DNA of 37,325 nucleotides from Macrostomum lignano (Eukaryota), in NCBI GenBank assembly GCA_002269645.1, contig NIVC01004709.1, positions 1-37,325 on the forward strand. Direction: 5' to 3'. Shown here piece after piece: positions 10,202-22,014 of this stretch; within the stretch, counting starts at the first letter, position 1; every line of letters begins with the position of its first letter. The position numbers were made by a program, and so were the translations under genes. The notes beneath the pieces are model-generated. The model saw nothing but the letters and a program-made list of their open reading frames with translations, had not been told where the DNA came from and did not search any database.

Positions 10202-10908
10202 ACCGTTGGTTTCGGCTGAAAATGTTTGCTAACGACGAAGGCTCCTGGATGACAATGTGGTTCTCAACCATCATATCCGTGTACATTTTCTCCAACATTT
10301 ACAACGCTTTCCTGCTGACCCTCGGCGGCACGTCCAACATCCCCTATCTCATCAGTATGCAGATGGGCATCAAGAACTCCACGTTCATGAAGATGGCAGC
10401 CACAGGCACCTGGCTTGGCGACTTCATGACCGCCTGGATGGTGAGCGACATGATGCTACAGGAGCGTCTTTATCCAAGCTGGAACCGCTTCATCCGGCAG
10501 TGGTGGCGCTCTGGCTACACTCGGATCGTCATGTTCTGGCTGCTGCTAATCAGCTTGTGCACCACCGTTATCACAGTGATCTGCACCGACATCATCCGCT
10601 GGGACTACCTCAACAGGGGCTTTGCTCCGTCAAACGAACTGTCGCGGGCTTTCTTAGCTGCATCAATTCTGAGCCTTGACCTGCTGATTGTCATGCAGGA
10701 TTGGGACTTTCCTAACTTCACTAACAGCCTTGACGTTCGGCTGCCCGGCGTAGCCAAAGCTATCTACGCGTTCGATATCCGCATACCGGACTGGTTTAAA
10801 CGGATTGTCGACGACGACGTTTGGACGGTGCACATCACCGGGAAATGGTTCAACTATGGAGTACTGTTCGTAGTTATGTGTCTGGATTTGAACATGTGGA
10901 AGAATCAG
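10202..10908 (+). CDS. TMEM117: TMEM117 homolog, exon 2
   Basis: Acceptor tttcag|AC, donor CAG|gttagt. Contains RLKMF..D.GSWMTM, MKMAATGTWLGDFMTAWMVSDMMLQ, LNRGF.PS.ELSRAFLAS, DLLIVMQDWDFP and HITGKWFNYG..DLNMWKNQ, all TMEM117 signatures. Confidence 0.95.
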
Positions 10909-10992
10909 GTTAGTCAGGTTTTGGGGTTTAGAAGAAGAATTAGATTAAGGGGTTGGAAATGCGTAGCCGAAATCTCCACTTTCTACATGCAC

Positions 10993-13900
10993 AAGCTTGA
11001 CAAGCCCTATACTTCACAAACACCAAGCTTGACAAGCCCTAAACTTCACAAACACCAAGCTTGACAAGCCCTATACTTCACAAACACCAAGCTTGACAAG
11101 CCCTAAACTTCACAAACACCAAGCTTGACAAGCCCTATACTTCACAAACACCAAGCTTGACAAGCCCTATACTTCACAAACACCAAGCTTGACAAGCCCT
11201 AAACTTCACAAACACCAAGCTTGACAAGCCCTAAACTTCACAAACACCAAGCTTGACAAGCCCTAAACTTCACAAACACCAAGCTTGACAAGCCCTATAC
11301 TTCACAAACACCAAGCTTGACAAGCCCTAAACTTCACAAACACCAAGCTTGACAAGCCCTAAACTTCACAAACACCAAGCTTGACAAGCCCTATACTTCA
11401 CAAACACCAAGCTTGACAAGCCCTATACTTCACAAACACCAAGCTTGACAAGCCCTAAACTTCACAAACACCAAGCTTGACAAGCCCTATACTTCACAAA
11501 CACCAAGCTTGACAAGCCCTAAACTTCACAAACACCAAGCTTGACAAGCCCTAAACTTCACAAACACCAAGCTTGACAAGCCCTATACTTCACAAACACC
11601 AAGCTTGACAAGCCCTAAACTTCACAAACACCAAGCTTGACAAGCCCTATACTTCACAAACACCAAGCTTGACAAGCCCTAAACTTCACAAACACCAAGC
11701 TTGACAAGCCCTAAACTTCACAAACACCAAGCTTGACAAGCCCTAAACTTCACAAACACCAAGCTTGACAAGCCCTAAACTTCACAAACACCAAGCTTGA
11801 CAAGCCCTAAACTTCACAAACACCAAGCTTGACAAGCCCTAAACTTCACAAACACCAAGCTTGACAAGCCCTAAACTTCACAAACACCAAGCTTGACAAG
11901 CCCTAAACTTCACAAACACCAAGCTTGACAAGCCCTAAACTTCACAAACACCAAGCTTGACAAGCCCTAAACTTCACAAACACCAAGCTTGACAAGCCCT
12001 ATACTTCACAAACACCAAGCTTGACAAGCCCTAAACTTCACAAACACCAAGCTTGACAAGCCCTAAACTTCACAAACACCAAGCTTGACAAGCCCTATAC
12101 TTCACAAACACCAAGCTTGACAAGCCCTATACTTCACAAACACCAAGCTTGACAAGCCCTAAACTTCACAAACACCAAGCTTGACAAGCCCTATACTTCA
12201 CAAACACCAAGCTTGACAAGCCCTATACTTCACAAACACCAAGCTTGACAAGCCCTAAACTTCACAAAAACCAAGCTTGACAAGCCCTATACTTCACAAA
12301 CACCAAGCTTGACAAGCCCTAAACTTCACAAACACCAAGCTTGACAAGCCCTAAACTTCACAAACACCAAGCTTGACAAGCCCTATACTTCACAAACACC
12401 AAGCTTGACAAGCCCTAAACTTCACAAACACCAAGCTTGACAAGCCCTAAACTTCACAAACACCAAGCTTGACAAGCCCTAAACTTCACAAACACCAAGC
12501 TTGACAAGCCCTAAACTTCACAAACACCAAGCTTGACAAGCCCTAAACTTCACAAACACCAAGCTTGACAAGCCCTAAACTTCACAAACACCAAGCTTGA
12601 CAAGCCCTAAACTTCACAAACACCAAGCTTGACAAGCCCTAAACTTCACAAACACCAAGCTTGACAAGCCCTATACTTCACAAACACCAAGCTTGACAAG
12701 CCCTAAACTTCACAAACACCAAGCTTGACAAGCCCTAAACTTCACAAACACCAAGCTTGACAAGCCCTATACTTCACAAACACCAAGCTTGACAAGCCCT
12801 AAACTTCACAAACACCAAGCTTGACAAGCCCTAAACTTCACAAACACCAAGCTTGACAAGCCCTATACTTCACAAACACCAAGCTTGACAAGCCCTATAC
12901 TTCACAAACACCAAGCTTGACAAGCCCTAAACTTCACAAACACCAAGCTTGACAAGCCCTATACTTCACAAACACCAAGCTTGACAAGCCCTATACTTCA
13001 CAAACACCAAGCTTGACAAGCCCTAAACTTCACAAAACCAAGCTTGACAAGCCCTATACTTCACAAACACCAAGCTTGACAAGCCCTAAACTTCACAAAC
13101 ACCAAGCTTGACAAGCCCTAAACTTCACAAACACCAAGCTTGACAAGCCCTATACTTCACAAACACCAAGCTTGACAAGCCCTAAACTTCACAAACACCA
13201 AGCTTGACAAGCCCTAAACTTCACAAACACCAAGCTTGACAAGCCCTAAACTTCACAAACACCAAGCTTGACAAGCCCTAAACTTCACAAACACCAAGCT
13301 TGACAAGCCCTAAACTTCACAAACACCAAGCTTGACAAGCCCTAAACTTCACAAACACCAAGCTTGACAAGCCCTAAACTTCACAAACACCAAGCTTGAC
13401 AAGCCCTAAACTTCACAAACACCAAGCTTGACAAGCCCTAAACTTCACAAACACCAAGCTTGACAAGCCCTAAACTTCACAAACACCAAGCTTGACAAGC
13501 CCTATACTTCACAAACACCAAGCTTGACAAGCCCTAAACTTCACAAACACCAAGCTTGACAAGCCCTAAACTTCACAAACACCAAGCTTGACAAGCCCTA
13601 TACTTCACAAACACCAAGCTTGACAAGCCCTATACTTCACAAACACCAAGCTTGACAAGCCCTAAACTTCACAAACACCAAGCTTGACAAGCCCTATACT
13701 TCACAAACACCAAGCTTGACAAGCCCTATACTTCACAAACACCAAGCTTGACAAGCCCTAAACTTCACAAAACCAAGCTTGACAAGCCCTATACTTCACA
13801 AACACCAAGCTTGACAAGCCCTAAACTTCACAAACACCAAGCTTGACAAGCCCTAAACTTCACAAACACCAAGCTTGACAAGCCCTATACTTCACAAACA

Positions 13901-14236
13901 CCAAGCTTGACAAGCCCTATACTTCACAAACACCAAGCTTGACAAGCCCTAAACTTCACAAAACCAAGCTTGACAAGCCCTAAACTTCACAAACACCAAG
14001 CTTGACAAGCCCTAAACTTCACAAACACCAAGCTTGACAAGCCCTAAACTTCACAAACACCAAGCTTGACAAGCCCTATACTTCACAAACACCAAGCTTG
14101 ACAAGCCCTATACTTCACAAACACCAAGCTTGACAAGCCCTAAACTTCACAAAACCAAGCTTGACAAGCCCTATACTTCACAAACACCAAGCTTGACAAG
14201 CCCTAAACTTCACAAACACCAAGCTTGACAAGCCCC
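10993..14236. repeat. 32-bp satellite (caagcttgacaagcccta[a/t]acttcacaaacac), ~100 units, filling the TMEM117 last intron
   Basis: Period 32, one HindIII site per unit, two A/T variants. Confidence 0.99.
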
Positions 14237-14325
14237 AAAGCTTTTGCCAGCAAGCTATTTTTAATTTTTGCAAGCATGCTCTTCTTTACTCTGCTAATCA
14301 TACCAATACTCAACCCGTTTATCAG

Positions 14326-15027
14326 ATGATCTACTCGCCCTGCGAATACGGCCAATACGTCGGACCTTACGGCTCCATCTACACCGTGCACAACGAGACC
14401 GAACTCGCACTAGTAGATTGCAGCAGCGACAATCACACGCTTAACTATGAGTACAGAAATCAAACTTTTGCGCCAGACGGCGAGACCCTTCTGTCTAAGG
14501 ACATCTGGACCCATTCGCGCTACACCGGCTACCCGCTGTACGTGAAGCTCAGCTCGTTCCTGCTCAGCCTTACCGCTTTCGCCGTATTCGGAGCTTTAGT
14601 TGTGATATTCGGCCGCTATAGTGAAGAGCACAGAGACGTCTACCAGGGCCGGATGAAGAAAAATCGCACACTGAACAATCTGCTGGTTAGACACAGCGTG
14701 CACAGTCTCGACAACATTGTCGAAGTTGAGGGCGAAGCCAACGCAGCAGCAGCAGCAGATGCGGTCGCAGCTTTTAAGCCGTCAACGCCGCTGAAGTCAA
14801 CTGTGTCAGACCCCGGCGTGCAGCGATTGAAGCGGCTCAAGAAGATGAAACTGTCAGATCGGCAACATCAGCGTCAGGAGCATCGCCAGAAGCTGATGAA
14901 ACGGGCAGCTCAATACTGCTCTTGCTGCGTCTGCTCGTCTCGTTGCTGCTGCTGCGAGTCGAGGCCCACCGATGGGGCGGCATCGGGCCAAGGCCCAGCT
15001 GCTGGCGGCCAGACAATGGACGTGTGA
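14326..15027 (+). CDS. TMEM117: TMEM117 homolog, last exon
   Basis: Acceptor tttatcag|ATG in phase 0. KNQ|MIYSPCEYGQYVGP..IYTV matches TMEM117 KNQIFYKPHEYGQYIGP..IYTV. Followed by the last TM helix, a Cys-rich tail and stop TGA. Confidence 0.92.
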   Translation: MIYSPCEYGQYVGPYGSIYTVHNETELALVDCSSDNHTLNYEYRNQTFAPDGETLLSKDIWTHSRYTGYPLYVKLSSFLLSLTAFAVFGALVVIFGRYSEEHRDVYQGRMKKNRTLNNLLVRHSVHSLDNIVEVEGEANAAAAADAVAAFKPSTPLKSTVSDPGVQRLKRLKKMKLSDRQHQRQEHRQKLMKRAAQYCSCCVCSSRCCCCESRPTDGAASGQGPAAGGQTMDV

Positions 15028-17469
15028 TCCATCAATTCTGCTAGATATTTTTCTTCAAAATGTTCAAACTACTCAATCACTGGCCTATACAGGAAGTTGT
15101 CAATGTCTCCATTGAACGATCCGGGTGAGGGATAGCCGCGCTTCCAGAGCAGGGGGTTTTGGGTGGTATGACCGTTGCTATCGTTATTGTTGTTATGATT
15201 GTTTGAATTTTTGTGTCAGTTGCCTTCTAATAAATTCAACTAAGATCTCAAAGAGACTATACTTCTTAATTCTGTCGTCATAATCGCCTCGTCTTTTTCT
15301 CGCCATTTATCATTTTCTCTCTTTCACAGTGCAGCTTAAGATAAATACTCATTTAATCTGTCTTGCCTTAGTTCGATCGGTGTATCAAGTTTTTTAGTAT
15401 TGATACTCCGTATTAGTACGTATTAGTTTACGGACAAAGCACTAGGCTATATTCTATTCTAGACAGAATATCTTGTTGTCTACGTCTTCCTATATTATAA
15501 AGTTTTGGTAAAAAATTGTTCTTATAAAATTACATAGCTTTCACTATTTTCACCCTGTATGTATTTGCTACTTTCAGTAGGCAAGTCAAGTGTGTAGTAT
15601 TTTGGCGCAATTCAATATTACCTCGTCATTTACTGTATTATTTTGTTTTATTATGCAAGCAGACTGGTCCATTGTATGAGAAGTTTCTGTTTTCAGTTTT
15701 AATCAAAAGCTGAACTAGTATTGACTTCTAAAAACGATTTTGTGCGATCTCGCACTGTTGTAATTACAATTTTATTATCTTACTTTTACCTGCTTCGTCG
15801 CGAATTAACTCAAGAAAACTCTTCGCTGTCAAGTAGTGCATTGTGCTTTTGTCTTTGATAAATTCAAATCAATTATGCTTATTGCTTGCTCATTAAAGTA
15901 AAATATGCCATGTCCTCGTATCATTTACTTCACTGTTTTTGGGGCACTCAATACTTTAAGTTTTTTCAGGATTGTCTTGCTCGTTATTTGCTTTTTTACA
16001 AAGTATTTAATTGCTACCGTGGCTTGAACAGTCAAAAGACCATGCTTATACTACTGCTTGCTAAGTAGTCGTGACTTTGGATAGCTTATTGCACCTTAGG
16101 AAAATCAGTGACTCAAATTTTACTCATGGTTAACACAGTTGTTTTAATTACCATTGTGGTCTTTCGACTGTATTACTTCTTAGTTTTACATGTACTTTTT
16201 CCTTTATTTAAGATTTAAATTTTGTTAAAGAAACCCGCCGATCAGCAACTCATTCCGTTGTTGTGACGCCATAGTGTCTTAACTATATAAATGTATCATT
16301 CTTAAACAGTAAATGGAGAACTTAGCAAAGACCTACTGCAGGTCTTAAATGGATGAACAACACTGCTGGTTGCATGCTTGTCAGTTGGTTGGCGAGTTCG
16401 TTAACTATATAAACATTAGTACCATACTTCATGTACAAGAAGTGCATGTACTATTGACGCTGATTGTTTTAATACTCGTATTTACTCGTATTTCGCGCTA
16501 ATTGCAGCAACTTTTTTGTTGTTTTTCTCTGGTAAATCCAGACTCAAAAATACGCACCGTAATCGCTATGTATGACGTCCGCTATCTTATCAGTGCAAAA
16601 CAGCTCGCTGTTTACAACGCTAACAATCAGTACAGCTCGGTTTAAAAAGCTGAAAAATTGTCTCAATAAAAATATAAAGTGCATTGTTGTCGAACGTTTT
16701 TTATAACCAGTCTGTGTCAAGCAAAATAAACTCGAAAAAATCTTTAGTCTGAATTGTTTTTTGTTTCCTTAGTGAATAATCCCCTTTTTACTTTCTGGCT
16801 TGCATTGGAACAATTGGAACAATTGGAACAATAATTGGAACAATTTTATAACGCTGTCATTCGATCCGTTAAATATTACATGGTACGATGCGTATGTGTT
16901 GAAGGTATTACAAATTCATTTACTCATTGCCGCGCGTCTCGTAAAGTCGTAATCTAGCCTTATACGAGCGTACGCTTGTAAAACTGTGTGAAGGGAAAAA
17001 GAGATCCGTGCGTTCGTTCAGTGTGTACGAGTCGCGACGAGTGTACATTTGATCCAATGTACACTAGAAATTTAAATTAGAACCAATGTACATTGATTTG
17101 CGGAGAGAAAGGGGCGGCCGGTTTGCTTATCTGAAAACGGGTCGCAGGTCCTAGTAGAAGTGGCGGGGCTGGCACTGGAGCGGGAGGAGGGCTTGTGTTC
17201 GAGGCCTTGAAGCCTGACGCTAAAATTTGTGTGCAGAAATACAGACACACCAACCAGAGCTGGTGCAGGGAGTTGGGGACGAGAAGACCAAGCTCTGTGC
17301 GCACCGCGCACAAGCTTAATAATTAGAATACAGAGCGGACCTCCTCACGCCACCACCTCAAATCTCGGCCCCCCTTGTATGTTTTTATCTTTTCGCTTTC
17401 TCTAATTATTTTTTACCCGGCTAAAAAGCACAGTTATTTGCTAATTTGATTGAAAAAACTGTTGCAGTA

Positions 17470-17826
17470 ATGTCCAACAGAGAATTTAAAATTGTCCTCT
17501 TGGGCGAGGGCTGTGTCGGCAAAACTTCTTTGGCGCTGCGCTACGTCGAGGATAAGTTCAATGACAAACACTTAACCACAGTGCAGGCCTCGTTCCTTTC
17601 TAAGAAACTTAACGTCTCCGGCCGACGGGTGACGCTGAACATCTGGGACACGGCCGGGCAGGAGCGCTTTCACGCCCTCGGTCCAATCTACTATCGGGAT
17701 AGTGACGGCGCTATTCTAGTTTACGACATCACTGACGAGGATTCGTTCGAGAAGGCGCGCAACTGGGTCAAGGAGCTGCGCAAGATTCGCGGCAACGATG
17801 TCACACTGTACCTAGTTGGCAATAAG
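17470..17826 (+). CDS. RAB21: Rab21 small GTPase, exon 1
   Basis: FKIVLLGEGCVGKTSL.LRY.E.KFNDKH.TT.QASFL.KKLN, IWDTAGQERFHALGPIYYRDS.GAILVYDITDEDSF are Rab21-diagnostic. Donor AATAAG|gtgcga. Confidence 0.95.
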
Positions 17827-17940
17827 GTGCGAACACTGCGGGGAGGGCATATTATCCCCACGATAGATAATTTGTACCGGTCTTTGTTTGGTAGCAGTTT
17901 GCAGTTCGTATTGCTATTTGGTAAAACTGTCTCCCTACAG

Positions 17941-18261
17941 ATTGACCTCGAACGCGATCGTCATGTACCGCTAGCGAATGCCGAGGAATTCGCCAGCTCG
18001 GTCGGCGCCAAGCACTGCGGCACATCCGCTAAGCTGAACCGCGGCGTAGAAGAGGCGTTCGCTCGCCTGACAGCCGACATGCTGGCTCGTCGCGACGCCG
18101 AGGAGGCGTCCAACCCAGGCTCCTCGTCTAGGTCGTCCACGTCAAGGTCTGAGGGCGCAACGTCAGCTGGTCGACGTTCCTCTGGCCGAAACGCCGGCAT
18201 CATTGTTGGCGAGGATGACGTAGACGGAGCTTCAGGCGCCGGCGGTGGCAAATGCTGCTAG
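17941..18261 (+). CDS. RAB21: Rab21 small GTPase, exon 2
   Basis: Acceptor ccctacag|ATT restores GNK|IDLE (G4). TSAK (G5) and C-terminal CC prenylation motif present. Confidence 0.93.
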   Translation: MDLERDRHVPLANAEEFASSVGAKHCGTSAKLNRGVEEAFARLTADMLARRDAEEASNPGSSSRSSTSRSEGATSAGRRSSGRNAGIIVGEDDVDGASGAGGGKCC

Positions 18262-19205
18262 CATGCAAAGCGGCCAACAAGGGCAAGATTCCACCCTAAG
18301 ATCTAGTTGCATGGCTGTCGGCACTTTTCTATAACCTTTCCAACTTTTTTCCATTTTTTCTTTACCGTGATTGATTGTAGGATTTTCCAAGCTTGCTATT
18401 TATAGATATGCTACGAGCGTATCTATTCAGAATTTTAGAAGCCATATATAATGCATGATCATGATGGAACTAGTCTTTCGTGTATTTTGTCTGATCATCA
18501 TTACGGCTCTGCTTAATGGAGACGCATGGAAGCATGGAAGCAGTAGAGCTTGCCCAGCTCTTGTGGTTCCTCTTTGATGTGCTTGTGCAATGCTGTTTGA
18601 AATCCATTTTGTCTAATATTCGTACAGCGAAAGTTCAGCAGCATGATATGTGTAGACTGGATGTTGTGTTGCACTTCATTTGCTTTTGCCCCTGTCTAGC
18701 GTACCTGTAACCCTGCAAGTGTACTAAAAGCATAGTGTACTAAGAGCTAACTTCGCTGCCATCTGTCTAATGCGACTTTAAACTTCGACGGTCCTTGTTT
18801 GTGGCTGATTCTACGAGGTTTTACAACTTATCTCTTGCTTTTACCCTTATATGCCCATAGTTGCATTAGTGTATCATTGTTCGTTTACTGCCTCCTCATT
18901 GACCCAACCAATGAGCAGATATTAACGGATCTGTATGCTAATCTTATTGAGTAAACTTATAGTTATACACTAATGTAAAAATAGAAAGTGTTTGAAAGCT
19001 ATAGCAAAATCAACGGAGTAGATTATTCCGTTCAGCCGATTATTTTAAACCGTCTATTTTAAAGTTCGATTTTGCTACTGTTCTAGTTCTCAATCAAGAT
19101 AAAGCATTTACCACCACCAAGTTATGTCCTGTCAATAGCAAAATTTCTCAACCTCATTGATTGAGTGAGTGCATCAGCTGTCAATTCTTGATTTCAGCTT
19201 TAACC

Positions 19206-21092
19206 TCACCGGCCTCCCCTGCCGCTACGCTTTCTCCAGCTGCCTCTAAGCTTTCTCCAGCCGCCTCTACGCTTTTGCCAGCCACCTCTACGCTTTCTCC
19301 AGCCGCCTCTACGCTTTTGCCAGCCGCCTCTACGCTTTCTCCAGCCGCCTCTACGCTTTTGCCAGCCGCCTCTACGCTTTTGCCAGCCGCCTCTACGCTT
19401 TTGCCAGCCGCCTCTACGCTTTCTCCAGCCGCCTCTACGCTTTCTCCAGCCGCCTCTACGCTTTTGCCAGTCGCCTCTGTCACTGTCATCATCAACCCAA
19501 CTTCTGTCGTATCCTCTTCTTTTACCCCTGTTCTTATCATCTCTGTCCTTGCCTGCTTTGCCCTTACTTCCCTTGCCTTTGTCTCCTTTACCCTTGCCTC
19601 CTTTGTCCTTGTCATCTTCGTCATTATCATCGCCATGACTGTGACCGTGTCCATGACCATGACCATGTCCATGACCATGACCGTGTCCATGACCGTGACC
19701 GTTTCCATGACCGTGACCATGACCGTGTCCATGGCAATGTCCATGACCATGTCCACGACAATGTCCTGGACGCTTTGTTGTCGTCGCTTCAGTAGTAGTT
19801 GTGGGAGCTTCGGTTGTAGTTGTCGTAGCTTTGGTTGTAGTTGTTGGAGCTTTGGTTGTAGTTGTTGGAGCTTTGGTTGTAGTTGTCGGAGCTTCGGTTT
19901 TAGTTGTCGGAGCTTCGGTTGTAGTTGTTGGAGCTTTGGTTGTAGTTGTTGGAGCTTCGATTGTAGTTGTTGGAGCTTCGGTTGTAGTTGTCGGAGCTTC
20001 GGTTGTAGTTGTCGGAGCTTCGGTTGTAGTTGTCAGGGCTTTTGTTGTAGTTGTTGGAGCTTCGGTTGTAGTTTTTGGAGCTTTGGTTGTAGTTGTCGGA
20101 GCTTTGGTTGTAGTTGTCGAAGCTTCGGTTGTAGTTGTTGGAGCTTCGGTTGTAGTTGTTGGAGCTTTGGTTGTAGTTGTCGGAGCTTCGGTTGTAGTTG
20201 TTGGAGCTTCGGTTGTAGTTGTCGGAGCTTCGGTTGTAGTTGTCAGGGCTTTGGTTGTAGTTGTTGGAGCTTTGGTTGTAGTTGTCGGAGCTTCGGTTGT
20301 AGTTGTTGGAGCTTTGGTTGTAGTTGTCGGAGCTTCGGTTGTAGTTGTTGGAGCTTTGGTTGTAGTTGTCGGAGCTTCGGTTGTAGTTGTCAGGGCTTTG
20401 GTTGTAGTTGTTGGAGCTTTGGTTGTAGTTGTCGGAGCTTCGGTTGTAGTTGTTGGAGCTTTGGTTGTAGTTGTCGGAGCTTCGGTTGTAGTTGTTGGAG
20501 CTTCGGTTGTAGTTGTTGGAGCTTTGGTTGTAGTTGTCGGAGCTTTGGTTGTAGTTGTTGGAGCTTGGGTTGTAGTTGTTGGAGCTTCGGTTGTAGTTGT
20601 CGGAGCTTTGGTTGTAGTTGTTGGAGCTTCGGTTGTAGTTGTTGGAGCTTTGGTTGTAGTTGTTGGAGCTTCGGTCGTAGTTATCGCAGCTTGGGTCGTA
20701 GTTATCGCAGCTTGGGTCGTAGTTGTCGCAGCTTGGGTCGTAGTTGTCAGAGCTTGGGTCGTAGTTGTTGGAGATTCGGTAGTTGTCGGAGCTTCGGTTG
20801 TAGTTTCTGCTGCTTGTGCTGCCTTCTCTATCGCTGCTGCAGCTGGGCAGCCGTTACTTGCGGATCTCTGAATGTTGCTGACGTAGTTGGTTTTTCCAGC
20901 ATCGTTGCCGCACATGCTGCTGGTTGGCGAGGCCTTGCAGAATTCGTCGTACCTCTCGTTGCTAAACTGCACTACGCAGTTGATGCAGGCGTCCCGGTCC
21001 TTGGCAAAGCACTCGGCTAAGTTGATTGCAGCGCCAACCGCAAGCGACAGTGTCGCCAGAACAGCGGCGCTCAGAGCTAGGCTGTAGCGCAT
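19206..21092 (-). CDS. Secreted modular mucin-like protein (signal peptide, 6-Cys domain, TTTT[E/K]AP repeats, (HG)n, acidic/GK linker, (W[Q/R]KRRGG)n tail), 628 aa
   Basis: Single ORF from ATG with a hydrophobic signal peptide. Third-position synonymous variation in the HG and Thr repeats supports this frame. TATA box upstream. Confidence 0.85.
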   Translation of the reverse strand: MRYSLALSAAVLATLSLAVGAAINLAECFAKDRDACINCVVQFSNERYDEFCKASPTSSMCGNDAGKTNYVSNIQRSASNGCPAAAAIEKAAQAAETTTEAPTTTESPTTTTQALTTTTQAATTTTQAAITTTQAAITTTEAPTTTTKAPTTTTEAPTTTTKAPTTTTEAPTTTTQAPTTTTKAPTTTTKAPTTTTEAPTTTTEAPTTTTKAPTTTTEAPTTTTKAPTTTTKALTTTTEAPTTTTKAPTTTTEAPTTTTKAPTTTTEAPTTTTKAPTTTTKALTTTTEAPTTTTEAPTTTTEAPTTTTKAPTTTTEAPTTTTEASTTTTKAPTTTTKAPKTTTEAPTTTTKALTTTTEAPTTTTEAPTTTTEAPTTTIEAPTTTTKAPTTTTEAPTTKTEAPTTTTKAPTTTTKAPTTTTKATTTTTEAPTTTTEATTTKRPGHCRGHGHGHCHGHGHGHGHGNGHGHGHGHGHGHGHGHGHGHSHGDDNDEDDKDKGGKGKGDKGKGSKGKAGKDRDDKNRGKRRGYDRSWVDDDSDRGDWQKRRGGWRKRRGGWRKRRGGWQKRRGGWQKRRGGWQKRRGGWRKRRGGWQKRRGGWRKRRGGWQKRRGGWRKLRGSWRKRSGRGGR

Positions 21093-21172
21093 GCTTTAGT
21101 TGTCTGAATATGGTAACCAGTTTGTTGCTACAACAGTCAGCTAGGGAGATATTCGACTAAAATATCGATTAA

Positions 21173-21178
21173 TTTATA
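21173..21178 (-). promoter_or_regulatory. TATA box of the mucin-like gene
   Basis: Minus strand CCTATAAATT ~80 bp upstream of ATG 21092. Confidence 0.55.
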
Positions 21179-22014
21179 GGTTTTCTGACGGTCCAGCTAC
21201 TTTGACGCAAATACTTTGCTGCCCAAGCACTGCGCTTTCAAAGGATTATTTCCACTAATCGCATCCGCATTAACACTTCTTAAGTGCCAGTTGTCGACGG
21301 GCATTTACACAAAGCTGGGCAGCCTTTCCCAGGCAACTTCAGGGACAGGCGCGAATGCGCCAGGTGTGCGGATGATCCGATTTCAAATGAAATTATTCTC
21401 AAAATTTGAGTTTTCTGTCAAAATGATCGAATTTTTGGGAACTCTGGAATAAACTTGAGTTTCGGTGAAATTTCATGCCCAAAGTAGTCCTAGACTGCGG
21501 CAAGACTTTCCGTATTTGTTCTGGTATAAAGGTATTATTCATATTTCATATTCTTTCCGTTCATTGGATTAGCGAATAGAAGAATTAGTCTTACAGCTGT
21601 GTTGGATTTACTTAAATATTTGCAGTTGGCTAACCAAAATTGTGGTTGCATCCATCAACTAAACGGATATACAGGCTTAGGAAAGTTACCCACTCGTACG
21701 CATGTACTCGTATTAGCTAGTCTCTTCTGCTTGTAAACACCACCGGGACGAAAAAGCAAACGCAGAAAAAATGCAAAGCTGATGCGCTGTTTTTACGGTT
21801 AAATTTGTTCAATCAAGTAGCAGGTTTTTGATAAATTATTCATTATTCATCTCGAGTGTCTATGGTACTTGCGTCTTCTGGGAAAGGCAGATAGGGAAAT
21901 TTATATGCGCGAACTAAGGCATGAACAAATTTTTGGTTAACTATAAGGCATTTGGTCAACTCGCTCTCGCTACTTGAGAGACGGCAGGAAGATTTGGTAA
22001 CGCCAGCAGCAGAG

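Noticed and set aside
10993-14236. CRISPR-like array (regular ~32-bp repeats)
   Set aside because: Units are directly adjacent with no unique spacers, there are no cas genes, and the context is a eukaryotic intron.
19161-21020. Plus-strand 619-aa (SCWSFGC)n and 356-aa (VVVVGAS)n ORFs
   Set aside because: Antisense shadows of the mucin repeats. The minus frame has the ATG, signal peptide and TATA box.
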